DNA from: Alphaproteobacteria bacterium
GTDB taxonomy: Bacteria; Pseudomonadota; Alphaproteobacteria; JAQWUY01
Assembly: GCA_029250225.1 (NCBI GenBank)
Contig: JAQWUY010000031.1
Span: 226,948-290,947, forward strand
DNA length: 64,000 nt
Direction: 5' to 3'
Both the position numbers and the translations under genes were made by a program. Shown in pieces: positions 1-10,360 of the stretch. The notes beneath the pieces were generated by a model. It was not told the origin of the DNA. It was given only the letters and a program-made list of their open reading frames with translations, and searched no databases. Position 1 is the stretch's first letter. Each line of letters opens with the position of its first letter.

Positions 1-923
1 CTGTATATTTTTACATTTTTATTATGTTGTTTTAATGTTTTTGCGAAGTTATGTCCACCTTTTCCATCAGCAACAAAATACAATAATTTAGTATTTTCTG
101 GATTTAATGCAGAATAAAATGATTCTTCGCCTACAATAGCAATAGGATTAGGCGGTAAGCCCCTTGTATAATAAGTATTATAAAGACTAGGATATAATAA
201 ATCTTTTTTTGTAAGCTCACGATCTATATTTCCCCAACCATCACTTATGGCATAAATTACTGTTGGATCAGATTGTAATTTCATATTTTTATTTAATCTA
301 TTTATAAAAACACTAGCTACTTTTTCTCTCTCATTAACTAAACCTGTTTCTTTTTCAATTATTGATGCTAATGTGTATGCCTGATTAATATTTTTTATTG
401 GTAAATTATTTTGTCTTTTTTGCCATATTTCTTCGGATTTAATTAAAAAATGTTCTTTTATATTTTTGATAAGATTATTTACATTTTCACCGCGTTCAAA
501 ATTATATGTATTTGCAAAAATTAATTCATTGTCATTTAATTTAGCAACACCTGTTAAATACTTATTATTTAACATTTTCTTTCTTACCTGCTTGATAGTT
601 GTCCCCTCAATAATAACAAATTTACGGTAAATTATATCGTGTTTATCAATTTTTAATAATATAGTTAATGGACTTTCATTATTTATAGAATATTCTCCAC
701 TTTTAATATCACTAAAAGTTATTTTTGATAATATGGAAAAAGCAAGCTTATCATAGACATACCCTTTATCATATAATAAGTTAAATGTTGATGTTTTAGA
801 ACTACCTTTTGGAATATAAACAATTCCATTATTGTTTAAAGATAAACTATTATTTAACATTAATACTAAAAAAAATGTAAATACATAAAACAACAAAATA
901 TTTTTTAAATTTTTTATTTTCAT
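1..923 (-). CDS. mltG: Endolytic transglycosylase MltG (YceG family), 3' end runs off the window
   Basis: Not in the ORF track. Manual translation from the ATG at 923 gives an N-terminal TM segment and MltG motifs LASIIEKET, VFINRL, LQSDPTVIY, YNTYYTRGLPPNPI and YLYFVADGKGGHNF. Confidence 0.93.
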   Translation of the reverse strand, partial: MKIKNLKNILLFYVFTFFLVLMLNNSLSLNNNGIVYIPKGSSKTSTFNLLYDKGYVYDKLAFSILSKITFSDIKSGEYSINNESPLTILLKIDKHDIIYRKFVIIEGTTIKQVRKKMLNNKYLTGVAKLNDNELIFANTYNFERGENVNNLIKNIKEHFLIKSEEIWQKRQNNLPIKNINQAYTLASIIEKETGLVNEREKVASVFINRLNKNMKLQSDPTVIYAISDGWGNIDRELTKKDLLYPSLYNTYYTRGLPPNPIAIVGEESFYSALNPENTKLLYFVADGKGGHNFAKTLKQHNKNVKIY

Positions 924-963
924 TATTAAAATAATATTACATAAATAAACAATTAACAATTAC

Positions 964-993
964 AAAAAAAAGCCGTCCAATAAAGACGGCTTT
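964..993 (-). terminator. Intrinsic terminator after acpP
   Basis: Stem AAAGCCGTC/GACGGCTTT followed by a U-run on the minus strand. Confidence 0.8.
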
Positions 994-1015
994 AAAAATC
1001 AAACTTAATGTAAAA

Positions 1016-1249
1016 TTATACAGCTTTTTCTATGTGTTTAATAACATCACCAACTGTTGTTATTTTTTCTGCTGCATCATCAGGAATTTCTATATCAAAC
1101 TCTTCTTCTAATAACATAACAAGTTCTACTGTATCTAAACTATCAGCATCTAAATCATCAATGAAAGAAGCTTCTGGAACTACTTTTGATTCTTCTACAC
1201 CTAGGTGTTCCACAACAATTTTCTTTACTCTTTCAGCAATCTCACTCAT
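1016..1249 (-). CDS. acpP: Acyl carrier protein
   Basis: 77 aa, acidic, [10 protein letters not shown] phosphopantetheine site, follows fabG. Confidence 0.98.
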   Translation of the reverse strand: MSEIAERVKKIVVEHLGVEESKVVPEASFIDDLDADSLDTVELVMLLEEEFDIEIPDDAAEKITTVGDVIKHIEKAV

Positions 1250-1370
1250 TTTAAATATTCCTTATATCTTAAATTATTAAATAACAAAACTATCTGCTTT
1301 TTTAACAATCATAATAATTTATTTCAAGTAAAAAATTATTAAATTTTAAATTAATATGATTGAAAAATTA

Positions 1371-2108
1371 TTAAATCATTAACATACCGCCATTAATATG
1401 CAAGGTTTGTCCTGTAATATAACTTGCTTCGTCTGAACTTAAAAAAGCAACAGAATTTGCAATGTCTTCTGGTTTTCCCAATGTTCCCGTTGGAATATTT
1501 TTCAAAATAGATTCTTTTTGTTTATCGTTTAATTCTTCTGTCATATCAGATAAAATAAAACCAGGTGCAATGTTATTAACTGTAATTCCGCGATTTGCGA
1601 CTTCTTGTGCTAATGACTTAGACATACCAATAATACCTGCTTTTGAAGCACAGTAGTTCATTTGCCCTGGATTTCCAGAAACACCAACCACTGATGATAT
1701 ATTAATTATTCTACCATATCGACGCCTCATCATCGCCTTAGATGCACTTCGACATAAAATAAAAGCAGAAGTTAGATTTACATTAATTACATCGTCCCAA
1801 TCTTGGTCTTTCATACGCATTGATAACCCATCTCTTGTGATGCCCGCATTGTTAACTAATATATCAATACCGCCTGTTACTTTTTCAGCATTAACGAATA
1901 ATTCTTTTACCGATTCTCTATCAGATAAATTTGCTGTTTGTACATGCACCCTATCGCCTAATTCTGATGCTAACTTTTCCAACTTTTCTTTTCTAGTTCC
2001 AGAAATAACTATTTCAGCTCCTAGCTTGTGTAGCTTTTTTGCTATTTCCCATCCTAATCCACCACTAGCACCAGTTATTAATGCCTTTTTACCTGTTAAG
2101 TCAAACAT
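1371..2108 (-). CDS. fabG: 3-oxoacyl-ACP reductase
   Basis: TGASGGLG, NNAGITRD and YCASK SDR motifs; fabD-fabG-acpP order. Confidence 0.97.
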   Translation of the reverse strand: MFDLTGKKALITGASGGLGWEIAKKLHKLGAEIVISGTRKEKLEKLASELGDRVHVQTANLSDRESVKELFVNAEKVTGGIDILVNNAGITRDGLSMRMKDQDWDDVINVNLTSAFILCRSASKAMMRRRYGRIINISSVVGVSGNPGQMNYCASKAGIIGMSKSLAQEVANRGITVNNIAPGFILSDMTEELNDKQKESILKNIPTGTLGKPEDIANSVAFLSSDEASYITGQTLHINGGMLMI

Positions 2109-2124
2109 AAATACTCCTTTAAAA

Positions 2125-3066
2125 TTATAATGTTTTTACAAAATCTTCTATATCTGAAATTTTATTAAGGCTCACAGAATTTATACTTTCAACTCGCCTA
2201 ACCATTCCAGATAAAACCTTACCTGAACCACATTCAACTAATTCAGAAACTGACAAATTAAGCATCTCGTCAATGGTTTCACGCCACCTAACTCGTCCAC
2301 AAACTTGCTCAACTAAACCATTTTTTACAACATTTACATCTGTCTGTGGTTTTGCTGTTACATTTGTAATAATCGGAACACTTACCGAATTAAACTCTAT
2401 TTTGTCTAATTCTTGCTCCATTGTGTCCATAGCCGGCTTAATAAGCTCACAATGAAACGGAGCTGAAACGGTTAATTTCATAGCTCTTTTTGCCCCAAAC
2501 TGCTTTGCTATTTCCACTACTTTATCAATAGCTTGAATATGTCCGGATAAAACAACCTGACCAACAGTATTGTCATTTGCAATCCAACATTTATACTCAT
2601 GTGTACTTGCTTCTATTGTTAATTTTTCAACCTTTTCATAATCCAACCCTAATACAGCAACCATTCCACCAACACCTTGTGGTACAGCTTTTTGCATTGC
2701 TTCGCCTCTTAATTTTAATATTTTCGCCGTATCAGATAAACCAAGAGCCCTCGTTGCACAAAGTGCTGAATATTCACCCAAAGAATGCCCTGCTACATAA
2801 TTAGTAATCTGTTGTATTGGTTTTCCCGACAACTCTTCTACTATGCGAGCGGTTGCAACGGAAACCGTCATAAGAGCAGGTTGTGTGTTTTGTGTTATAT
2901 TAAGTGCATTTTCATCATCACCAAATATAACATCAGATAGTTTAAAATTTAATGCATCATCGACTTCATAGAAAACATCTTTTGCTAACTTAAAATTATC
3001 AAATAATTCTTTGCCCATACCAAGTGACTGACTCCCTTGACCTGGAAAAACAAAACATCTATTCAT
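2125..3066 (-). CDS. fabD: Malonyl-CoA:ACP transacylase
   Basis: FPGQGSQ, GHSLGEY and VSAPFH motifs; start moved to the ATG at 3066, which follows a GGAG SD. Confidence 0.97.
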   Translation of the reverse strand: MNRCFVFPGQGSQSLGMGKELFDNFKLAKDVFYEVDDALNFKLSDVIFGDDENALNITQNTQPALMTVSVATARIVEELSGKPIQQITNYVAGHSLGEYSALCATRALGLSDTAKILKLRGEAMQKAVPQGVGGMVAVLGLDYEKVEKLTIEASTHEYKCWIANDNTVGQVVLSGHIQAIDKVVEIAKQFGAKRAMKLTVSAPFHCELIKPAMDTMEQELDKIEFNSVSVPIITNVTAKPQTDVNVVKNGLVEQVCGRVRWRETIDEMLNLSVSELVECGSGKVLSGMVRRVESINSVSLNKISDIEDFVKTL

Positions 3067-3320
3067 AAAAAAAATCTCCACTCTAAACTAAATAAAAATA
3101 CATAAAATATCTCACAAAAATATTATATAAATACAAAAAAAACAACAAAATATTATTATATTCATAATTAAACTCATTTTTAATATGCACCACCTGTTTT
3201 CAATCAACATTTACATAAATTTGTTAAAATAATTGATAATTGCTTTAAAAACTTGATTTTTTTATGTTTTATGTTATATATACTCGATGAAAAGTCTTTA
3301 TATGGGATAAAGGCTAATTA

Positions 3321-3410
3321 ACTCCTTGCTATAAGCTATGATATGTTTATGGCTAAGAAATGTCCTAAATTATCTTGAATCTAGGGTATTTCATCAAATC
3401 CAGAGGGAGA
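3321..3410 (+). promoter_or_regulatory. Probable S6:S18 ribosomal protein leader RNA
   Basis: ACTCCTTG at 3321 can pair with the SD-containing GAGGGAG near 3403-3409, which is preceded by a CCA (CCR) triplet. This is the known layout of the S6:S18 autoregulatory leader upstream of rpsF. Confidence 0.65.
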
Positions 3411-3417
3411 AATTGTA

Positions 3418-3753
3418 ATGAACAATTACGAAACATTATTTATTTGTCGTCAAGACATATCAACACAACAAGTTGATACATTGACTGATAAATTTCAAGA
3501 AATCATCACGGCTGATAATGGAAAAATAGGTCGTCGTGAAAACTGGGGTTTACGAACTCTTGCATATAGAATCAAGAAAAACCGTAAAGGTCATATCGTT
3601 CTTATTAACTACACAGGAAATCACACTGCGGTTAAAGAAATGGAACGCCTTATGGGACTTAGCGAAGATGTTATTCGTTTTATGACTACTTGCACAGCAG
3701 AACTTGAAACAGATGAAAGCGTTGGAGTTAAAACTTCAAGCTATAAGAATTAA
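3418..3753 (+). CDS. rpsF: 30S ribosomal protein S6
   Basis: [24 protein letters not shown]. Confidence 0.98.
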   Translation: MNNYETLFICRQDISTQQVDTLTDKFQEIITADNGKIGRRENWGLRTLAYRIKKNRKGHIVLINYTGNHTAVKEMERLMGLSEDVIRFMTTCTAELETDESVGVKTSSYKN

Positions 3754-3764
3754 GGAGAGAGATT

Positions 3765-3992
3765 ATGAATCGTAAACCATTCAATCGTCGTAAAAAGTCT
3801 TGCCCATTTTCTGGTGAAAATGCAATTGAAATAGATTACAAAGATGTAAAAATGCTACAAAGATTTGTATCAGAAAAAGGTAAAATTGTACCTGCTCGTA
3901 TTTCATCAGTATCTGCAAAAAAACAGCGTAAGCTTACACAAGCAATCAAAAGATGTCGCTATGTTGGCCTAATGCCTTACACTGTGAAATAA
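3765..3992 (+). CDS. rpsR: 30S ribosomal protein S18
   Basis: [26 protein letters not shown]. Confidence 0.98.
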   Translation: MNRKPFNRRKKSCPFSGENAIEIDYKDVKMLQRFVSEKGKIVPARISSVSAKKQRKLTQAIKRCRYVGLMPYTVK

Positions 3993-4005
3993 GGAAGGAA
4001 GTACA

Positions 4006-4623
4006 ATGCAAATAATTTTATTAGAAAAAGTTGAAAGACTTGGTAACCTAGGTGAAATTGTAAATGTTAAGCCTGGTTTTGCTAGAAACTACCTTTTACC
4101 ACAGGGTAAAGCTCTAAGAGCAACAAAAGATGCTATCGCAAAATTCGAAGCAGAAAAAAGTGCTATTGAAAAACTGAACTCAAACAAAAAATCAGAAGCA
4201 GAAAAAGTTGCAGAAAAAATTGATGGCAAAACTATTGTTATCATTCGTTCAGCATCTGATTCAGGTCAATTGTACGGTTCTGTTACAACTCGCGATATTG
4301 CGATTTCAATTTCTGAATTAAGTGGTGATAATATTACAAGAAATAATGTTATATTAGAAAATCCAATTAAATCTATTGGTTACTTTGACTTTAAAATCAA
4401 ATTGCACCCAGAAGTAATTGCAAAAATTAAAATCAATGTAGCGCAATCAGAAGAAGAAGCTGAATTACAAGCAGAACGAGTTGCTCGTGGTGAATCTGCT
4501 GTTATCACAGCAGCAGAAGAAGATGCTAAGATAGCGGCTGAAATAGCAAAAGCACAAGCCGGAGAAATGGCAGAAATAGCTAAGAAAATGCAAGAAGAAG
4601 CCGAAAGCGGTGAAGCTGAATAA
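4006..4623 (+). CDS. rplI: 50S ribosomal protein L9 with acidic C-terminal extension
   Basis: VKPGFARNYLLPQG, LYGSV, LHPEV. Confidence 0.98.
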   Translation: MQIILLEKVERLGNLGEIVNVKPGFARNYLLPQGKALRATKDAIAKFEAEKSAIEKLNSNKKSEAEKVAEKIDGKTIVIIRSASDSGQLYGSVTTRDIAISISELSGDNITRNNVILENPIKSIGYFDFKIKLHPEVIAKIKINVAQSEEEAELQAERVARGESAVITAAEEDAKIAAEIAKAQAGEMAEIAKKMQEEAESGEAE

Positions 4624-4654
4624 ATTAAGCTTAATAATTTAATCTTGAAATCTT

Positions 4655-4684
4655 AATAGGGCATACTCGTATGCCCTATTTTTT
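4655..4684 (+). terminator. Intrinsic terminator after rplI
   Basis: 12-bp inverted repeat AATAGGGCATAC/GTATGCCCTATT followed by a T-run. Confidence 0.85.
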
Positions 4685-4757
4685 AAAAAATAATGTACTT
4701 TTTGAATAAATTAATATATTATCAATTCTATATACAACACAAAAAATAGTAGGCAAA

Positions 4758-6368
4758 ATGACTGAAGAATATAGAGATTACAATGATATAAATGATTTCT
4801 CAAGTGCTAAAAATGACACTGCTGATGCAAAAAATAATCCTGCTGTAGATGCTATTACAAACATAGCAATGAAAAACGAATCATTAAAAAAACAAAGAAT
4901 AAGTGTTAATCAAACCGATAAACAAATACCTCATAACCTAGAAATAGAAGCAAGTGTAATAGGTGCAATTCTAAAAAATAATAACCTACTTGAAAAAGCG
5001 GATATACTAAAACCTGAACATTTTTATGCCCCTGAAAATCAAATATTATTTAAATGGATACTCGAACTAAGCGGAAGAAACCAATTAGCTAGCCCTAAAA
5101 CTCTATCTCATCTAGCTGACAATGAACCTGCTATTGCTGAACTTGGTGGCAAGGAATACCTTGCAAGTCTAGCTAGTGATGTATTTAATGTGGTAAATGT
5201 GGCTGAATTTTCTAGTACAATAGAAGATTTATTCGTAAAACGCCAACTAATTACATTGGGCGAAGAAATTATACTAGATGGATACAATCAAAATATTGAA
5301 AACACCGGCGACAAGCAAATTGAAAAAGCCGAACAAGCCCTGTTTAACTTAGCTGAAACAGGTGATACTAAACAACAAATAATAGGTTTGGGAACTGCAC
5401 TTAATCAAACCCTAGAACAAGCGGAAAAAGCTTTTCTAAACCCAAGTGGTTTAGCCGGCATTACAACTGGTTTCCGTGACCTAGACAAACATATGGGTGG
5501 ATTACATAAATCCGACTTACTTATTCTGGCTGGACGACCTGCAATGGGTAAAACATCACTAGCAACAAATATTGCATTTAATGCAGCAAATGCCTACTCA
5601 ACAGAAGTTGATGAAAAAGGTAATAAAGTAAGTAACGGTGGTGTTGTATTATTCTTCTCACTAGAAATGAGTTCAGAACAACTAGCAACTAGGATTATTT
5701 CAGAGCAAGCCGAAATATCATCAAATAAAATTCGCCTTGGTGAAATTAACGAAGAACAATTTAAAAGACTTGCTGAGAAATCTTCTAAGCTAAGCAATAC
5801 ACAGTTATATATTGATGATACCCCTGGTATCAGTGTAACCTCGCTTAGACAAAAAGCCCGCCGTGTGCAAAGACAACACGGACTTGATTTAATAGTAGTA
5901 GATTACTTGCAATTATTACAAGGTCCAGCCGGTAAAAGGTTTGATAATCGAGTTAATGAAATATCTGAAATTACTCGTTCGTTAAAAATTGTAGCGAAAG
6001 AGCTTAATATTCCAGTAATTGCCCTATCACAATTATCGCGTTCTGTTGAGCAAAGGGAAGACAAACGACCGATGCTATCTGATTTAAGAGAATCAGGGTC
6101 TATTGAGCAAGATGCCGACTTGGTAATGTTTATATATCGTCCTGAATACTACATAGCTGAATCCCCACCGGAACGCCGTGTTAATGAATCAGATGATAAA
6201 TTTATGGAGCGAATTGAAAATCATAATAGCAAATTAAGTGAATCTAGAAATAAAGCAGAAATAATAATTGCAAAACAACGACACGGTCCTGTTGGAACGG
6301 TTGAATTATTCTTTAACGGTAAATTTACAAAATTCGGAGATTTGGATAACCAACATTATGAAGATTAG
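4758..6368 (+). CDS. dnaB: Replicative DNA helicase
   Basis: PHNLEIE, Walker A GRPAMGKT, FSLEMS, VVDYLQL, DLRESGSIEQDAD, KQRHGP; no intein. Confidence 0.98.
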   Translation: MTEEYRDYNDINDFSSAKNDTADAKNNPAVDAITNIAMKNESLKKQRISVNQTDKQIPHNLEIEASVIGAILKNNNLLEKADILKPEHFYAPENQILFKWILELSGRNQLASPKTLSHLADNEPAIAELGGKEYLASLASDVFNVVNVAEFSSTIEDLFVKRQLITLGEEIILDGYNQNIENTGDKQIEKAEQALFNLAETGDTKQQIIGLGTALNQTLEQAEKAFLNPSGLAGITTGFRDLDKHMGGLHKSDLLILAGRPAMGKTSLATNIAFNAANAYSTEVDEKGNKVSNGGVVLFFSLEMSSEQLATRIISEQAEISSNKIRLGEINEEQFKRLAEKSSKLSNTQLYIDDTPGISVTSLRQKARRVQRQHGLDLIVVDYLQLLQGPAGKRFDNRVNEISEITRSLKIVAKELNIPVIALSQLSRSVEQREDKRPMLSDLRESGSIEQDADLVMFIYRPEYYIAESPPERRVNESDDKFMERIENHNSKLSESRNKAEIIIAKQRHGPVGTVELFFNGKFTKFGDLDNQHYED

Positions 6369-7419
6369 TCCTCCTGTATTAAAGATAAATCTAAATAATA
6401 TTAAGCACAATTGGCAACAATACAACAAATTCTGTAATAGTGATGTCGATGCGGTTATCAAAGCAAATGCTTATTCATTGGGTGCTGAAAAAATTTATAG
6501 TACATTAATTGATGCAGGGTGCAAGAGGTTTTGGGTCGCAACAATAGAGGAAGCTATCACCCTTAGAAAAGTTAATTCAAAACCAGAAATAGCCGTACTT
6601 GAAGGAATTGCAAGTAACAATATAGATTTATATAAGAAACATAATTTACAAGGTGTTGTAAATACTCCTGAGCAACATGAACTATGGGGGGAAAACCAAG
6701 ATTTAAGTGTATGGATACATATTGATACAGGTATGAACAGATTAGGTATTTCTCATAATAAAGCTATTGATATATTAAAAGATGCTCCAAAACCTTTTGG
6801 TTATCTTTCACATTTAGCATCTAGTACAGAATTAGATAACCCATTTAATAAAACACAAGTAGATAGATTTGAAAAAATAGTTAAAAAACTACCGAAAGCT
6901 CATACAAGTATGTACAATAGCAACGGTGTTATTGGCAAAAGCTTTAATCAAAAACATTCTATTCGCTTAGGGGTTGGTTTGTACGGCATTATAAATAGTG
7001 AATTTAATTTAAAACCTGTTCTTGAATTATCTGCATCTGTTACAAAAATCGATACGATAGAAAAAGGTGAACCAATAGGTTATAATTCTACTTTTGTCGC
7101 AGATAAAAAAACTAAAATAGCATCAGTAAACATAGGTTACGGAGATGGTTTTAATGTTAATATGTCAAATAAAGGCTATTTGTATCACAACAAACAAAGA
7201 TTTCCGGTTTTAGGTCTTGTTTCAATGGATGTCATTATGATTGATATAACAGGTAATAATGATTTAAAGGTTGGGGATAAAATAACTATTTTTAATAGTT
7301 GTAAATATGATAATAAAGCTGGTATCATTGATATAATAGAAATGTCTAATATTTGTAATGTGTCAGCACATAATATTATTACAAATTGCAGAGGAAGAGT
7401 TATTAAAAAATATATTTAA
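6358..7419 (+). CDS. alr: Alanine racemase (divergent)
   Basis: AVIKANAY PLP-lysine motif, DTGMNRLG, GYGDG, VSMD; conserved dnaB-alr-mlaE order; ATG at 6358 overlaps the end of dnaB. Confidence 0.92.
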   Translation: MKISPPVLKINLNNIKHNWQQYNKFCNSDVDAVIKANAYSLGAEKIYSTLIDAGCKRFWVATIEEAITLRKVNSKPEIAVLEGIASNNIDLYKKHNLQGVVNTPEQHELWGENQDLSVWIHIDTGMNRLGISHNKAIDILKDAPKPFGYLSHLASSTELDNPFNKTQVDRFEKIVKKLPKAHTSMYNSNGVIGKSFNQKHSIRLGVGLYGIINSEFNLKPVLELSASVTKIDTIEKGEPIGYNSTFVADKKTKIASVNIGYGDGFNVNMSNKGYLYHNKQRFPVLGLVSMDVIMIDITGNNDLKVGDKITIFNSCKYDNKAGIIDIIEMSNICNVSAHNIITNCRGRVIKKYI

Positions 7420-7442
7420 ATATATAAGAAAGAAATTAAATT

Positions 7443-8219
7443 ATGTTCAATATAGCACAAAACATTGGTAGTTTAATAATTGACTCCGTGGAAGTTATAG
7501 GTAAAATGATTAGGTTTTCACTAATCAGTATTATCGGAATATTATCTCGTCCTTTCTATACAAATATATTTATCAATCAATGTATTAACATTGGTTTTTT
7601 CTCGTTACCTGTTGTAGGTATGACAACATTATTCGCTGGAATGGTGTTAGCATTACAAAGTTATGCAGGAATTAATCCAAACTTAGCAAGTACAACAATT
7701 CCAAATTTAATTGTTCTAGCTATTACAAGAGAGTTAGCCCCTGTTTTAGGAGGCTTAATGGTTGCCGGAAGGATTGGTGCATCGATAGCCGCGGAAATTG
7801 GTACAATGCGTGTAACAGAACAAATAGAAGCACTAGAAACACTATCAACAGATCCAATTAAATATTTGGTTATCCCTAGGATACTTGCTGGAATAATTAC
7901 CCTACCAATATTAGTTTTAATTGGTGATATTATTGGTATATTAGGCGGGTATATAGTTAGTGTTAGTAAATTGGGATTAAATCCAGCATCTTATCTTAAT
8001 AATACAATTGAAGCTCTTAGCTTAATTGGTGTTATATCAGGATTAACAAAAGCATCTGTTTTTGGCTTCATTACGACAATTATGGGTTGCTATCAAGGTT
8101 ATAATTCATCAGGTGGAGCAGAAGGTGTTGGTAAAGCAACAACAAATGCTGTTGTCTGGTCTTCTATAATGATATTAATCGCAAATTACATAATCACTGA
8201 AATGTTTGTGGGAGTATGA
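7443..8219 (+). CDS. mlaE: MlaE-family lipid ABC transporter permease
   Basis: RELAPV, AEIGTMRVTEQIEALE, GGAEGVGKATT. Confidence 0.95.
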   Translation: MFNIAQNIGSLIIDSVEVIGKMIRFSLISIIGILSRPFYTNIFINQCINIGFFSLPVVGMTTLFAGMVLALQSYAGINPNLASTTIPNLIVLAITRELAPVLGGLMVAGRIGASIAAEIGTMRVTEQIEALETLSTDPIKYLVIPRILAGIITLPILVLIGDIIGILGGYIVSVSKLGLNPASYLNNTIEALSLIGVISGLTKASVFGFITTIMGCYQGYNSSGGAEGVGKATTNAVVWSSIMILIANYIITEMFVGV

Positions 8220-8989
8220 TAATGGATAAAATTGTTTATAAAAATGTATCTAAATCTTTTGATGATTTAATCGTATTAGATGATTTTAGTCTTAATATAA
8301 AAAAAGGTGATAGTGTTGTAATAATTGGTGGTTCCGGGACAGGTAAATCAGTTTCCTTAAAATGCTTGCTTGGCTTATTAACGCCTGATAATGGTTCAAT
8401 AAAAGTCGATGAACAAGAAACCGTTGGAATAAGCTCGGAATACCGTAATAAAATTAATGAAAACATAGGTATGTTATTTCAAAACGGAGCTTTATTTGAC
8501 TCTATGACTGTAATCGAAAATGTTTGTTTTGGATTAAAAAGTGGAAAAGGAATATCTGATAGAAAAAGTAGAAAAATCGGTATTGAATGCCTAGATAAAG
8601 TTGGGCTAGATAAAAGTATACTAGATAAATACCCTTCTGATTTATCCGGCGGTATGCGAAAAAGAGTTGCTTTGGCAAGAGCGATCGCCACAAATCCAGA
8701 GATAATTTTATTTGATGAGCCAACAACTGGGCTTGACCCTATTACTGCATCGACTATTGATAATTTAATTGTTGATACGGTAAGAAAAATGGGAGTAACT
8801 ACTATAACAGTTACCCACGATTTGGCATCTGTACGAAGAATAGCTGATCGTGTTGCATTATTATATAAAGGTAAAATTGAATGGATCGGAACAGTTCAGG
8901 AAATGGACGAAACAGACAATCCTTTTGTCAAACAATTCATAAATGGTTCCAGTAAAGGTCCTATCCATTGGGCAAGAGGAAACAAATAA
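8216..8989 (+). CDS. mlaF: MlaF-family ABC ATPase
   Basis: GGSGTGKS, LSGGMRKRV, DEPTTGLDP; ATGA overlap with mlaE. Confidence 0.93.
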   Translation: MIMDKIVYKNVSKSFDDLIVLDDFSLNIKKGDSVVIIGGSGTGKSVSLKCLLGLLTPDNGSIKVDEQETVGISSEYRNKINENIGMLFQNGALFDSMTVIENVCFGLKSGKGISDRKSRKIGIECLDKVGLDKSILDKYPSDLSGGMRKRVALARAIATNPEIILFDEPTTGLDPITASTIDNLIVDTVRKMGVTTITVTHDLASVRRIADRVALLYKGKIEWIGTVQEMDETDNPFVKQFINGSSKGPIHWARGNK

Positions 8990-8992
8990 CAA

Positions 8993-10360
8993 ATGGTTAA
9001 AAGTAAAACCAAATACAGTTGTAATGCTTGTGGTGCAATTACCCCTAGATGGGCTGGAAAATGCGATAGTTGTAATGAATGGAATTCCATAGAAGAAAGA
9101 ATTGACACGACAGTTGCCCTTAATTCATCAGGTGCAAGACGAGGAAAAGGAAAAACTATAATTTTTCAATCCCTTAAAGGGACGCAAGAAAAACCAACAA
9201 GAATTAAATCAAATATTAATGAATTTGACCGTGTTTGCGGTGGTGGTTTAGTAAAAGGAATGGTAAGTTTAATCGGTGGTGACCCCGGAATTGGAAAATC
9301 TACATTATTATTACAAGTTGCATCATCAATTGCCAAAACAAACGAAACGGCATATGTATCAGGCGAAGAAAGTATTGAACAAATCCGTCTAAGAGCAATG
9401 CGACTAGGGGTGGAAGAAGCCCCTGTTCAATTAGCATCTAGTACAAATATGAATAATATTTTAGAAACTATGGAGGGAAATAATCCCCCGAAAGTAATAA
9501 TTGTTGATTCAATTCAAACAATGTTTCTTGATAGCATAGAATCAGCACCAGGTACTGTTTCGCAAGTTCGTGCTTGCGCCGGTGAATTAGTAAGAGTTGC
9601 AAAAGCAACAGGAGTTTCTGTATTTATAGTTGGACATGTTACAAAAGACGGAGCCATTGCAGGGCCAAGAGTGCTAGAACATATGGTAGATACAGTTTTA
9701 TATTTTGAGGGGGAAAGAACCCATCCATACCGAATTTTACGAAGTGTAAAAAATCGTTTTGGCGCAACCGATGAAATCGGAGTATTTGATATGACTGTAT
9801 CTGGTTTACAAGAAGTTGCCGACCCATCAGCAATATTTTTATCAAATACAAAAAAAGAAACCTCCGGTACAGCTGTATTCGCAGGTATAGAGGGTAGTAG
9901 ACCTGTTCTAGTAGAAATACAATCTCTTGTCTCGCAAACCACATACCCAAGCCCTAAGCGCTCGACTGTTGGCTGGGATAATAATAGATTATCAATGATA
10001 TTAGCTGTTCTTGAAAGTCGCGGTGGTTTAAATATGGCTGGAAATGATGTTTATCTTAATGTGGCTGGTGGATTAAAAATAACTGAACCGGCCTGTGATT
10101 TAGCTTGTGCGGCGGCGATAACATCTGCTTTAACAAATAAATCACTACCTACCCAATCGGTATTCTTTGGTGAAATAGGTTTAAGTGGTGATATTCGCCA
10201 ATCATCACAAATTGAAACAAGATTAAAAGAAGCAATAAAACTTGGGTTTAAAAAAGCAATTATACCTAAATTACATAAAAAAATTAATTTTAAAGGTATA
10301 GATATTATAACCATAAACGATGTAAGTGAACTTTACAGTATAATTAGGAATGAAAATTAA
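8993..10360 (+). CDS. radA: DNA repair protein RadA/Sms
   Basis: C4 zinc finger, GDPGIGKST, KNRFG, Lon-like C-terminal domain. Confidence 0.98.
   Translation: MVKSKTKYSCNACGAITPRWAGKCDSCNEWNSIEERIDTTVALNSSGARRGKGKTIIFQSLKGTQEKPTRIKSNINEFDRVCGGGLVKGMVSLIGGDPGIGKSTLLLQVASSIAKTNETAYVSGEESIEQIRLRAMRLGVEEAPVQLASSTNMNNILETMEGNNPPKVIIVDSIQTMFLDSIESAPGTVSQVRACAGELVRVAKATGVSVFIVGHVTKDGAIAGPRVLEHMVDTVLYFEGERTHPYRILRSVKNRFGATDEIGVFDMTVSGLQEVADPSAIFLSNTKKETSGTAVFAGIEGSRPVLVEIQSLVSQTTYPSPKRSTVGWDNNRLSMILAVLESRGGLNMAGNDVYLNVAGGLKITEPACDLACAAAITSALTNKSLPTQSVFFGEIGLSGDIRQSSQIETRLKEAIKLGFKKAIIPKLHKKINFKGIDIITINDVSELYSIIRNEN

Noticed and set aside
6268-6357. TTG-started N-terminal extension of alr in the ORF track
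   Set aside because: It overlaps conserved dnaB coding sequence; the ATG at 6358 matches the normal Alr length.
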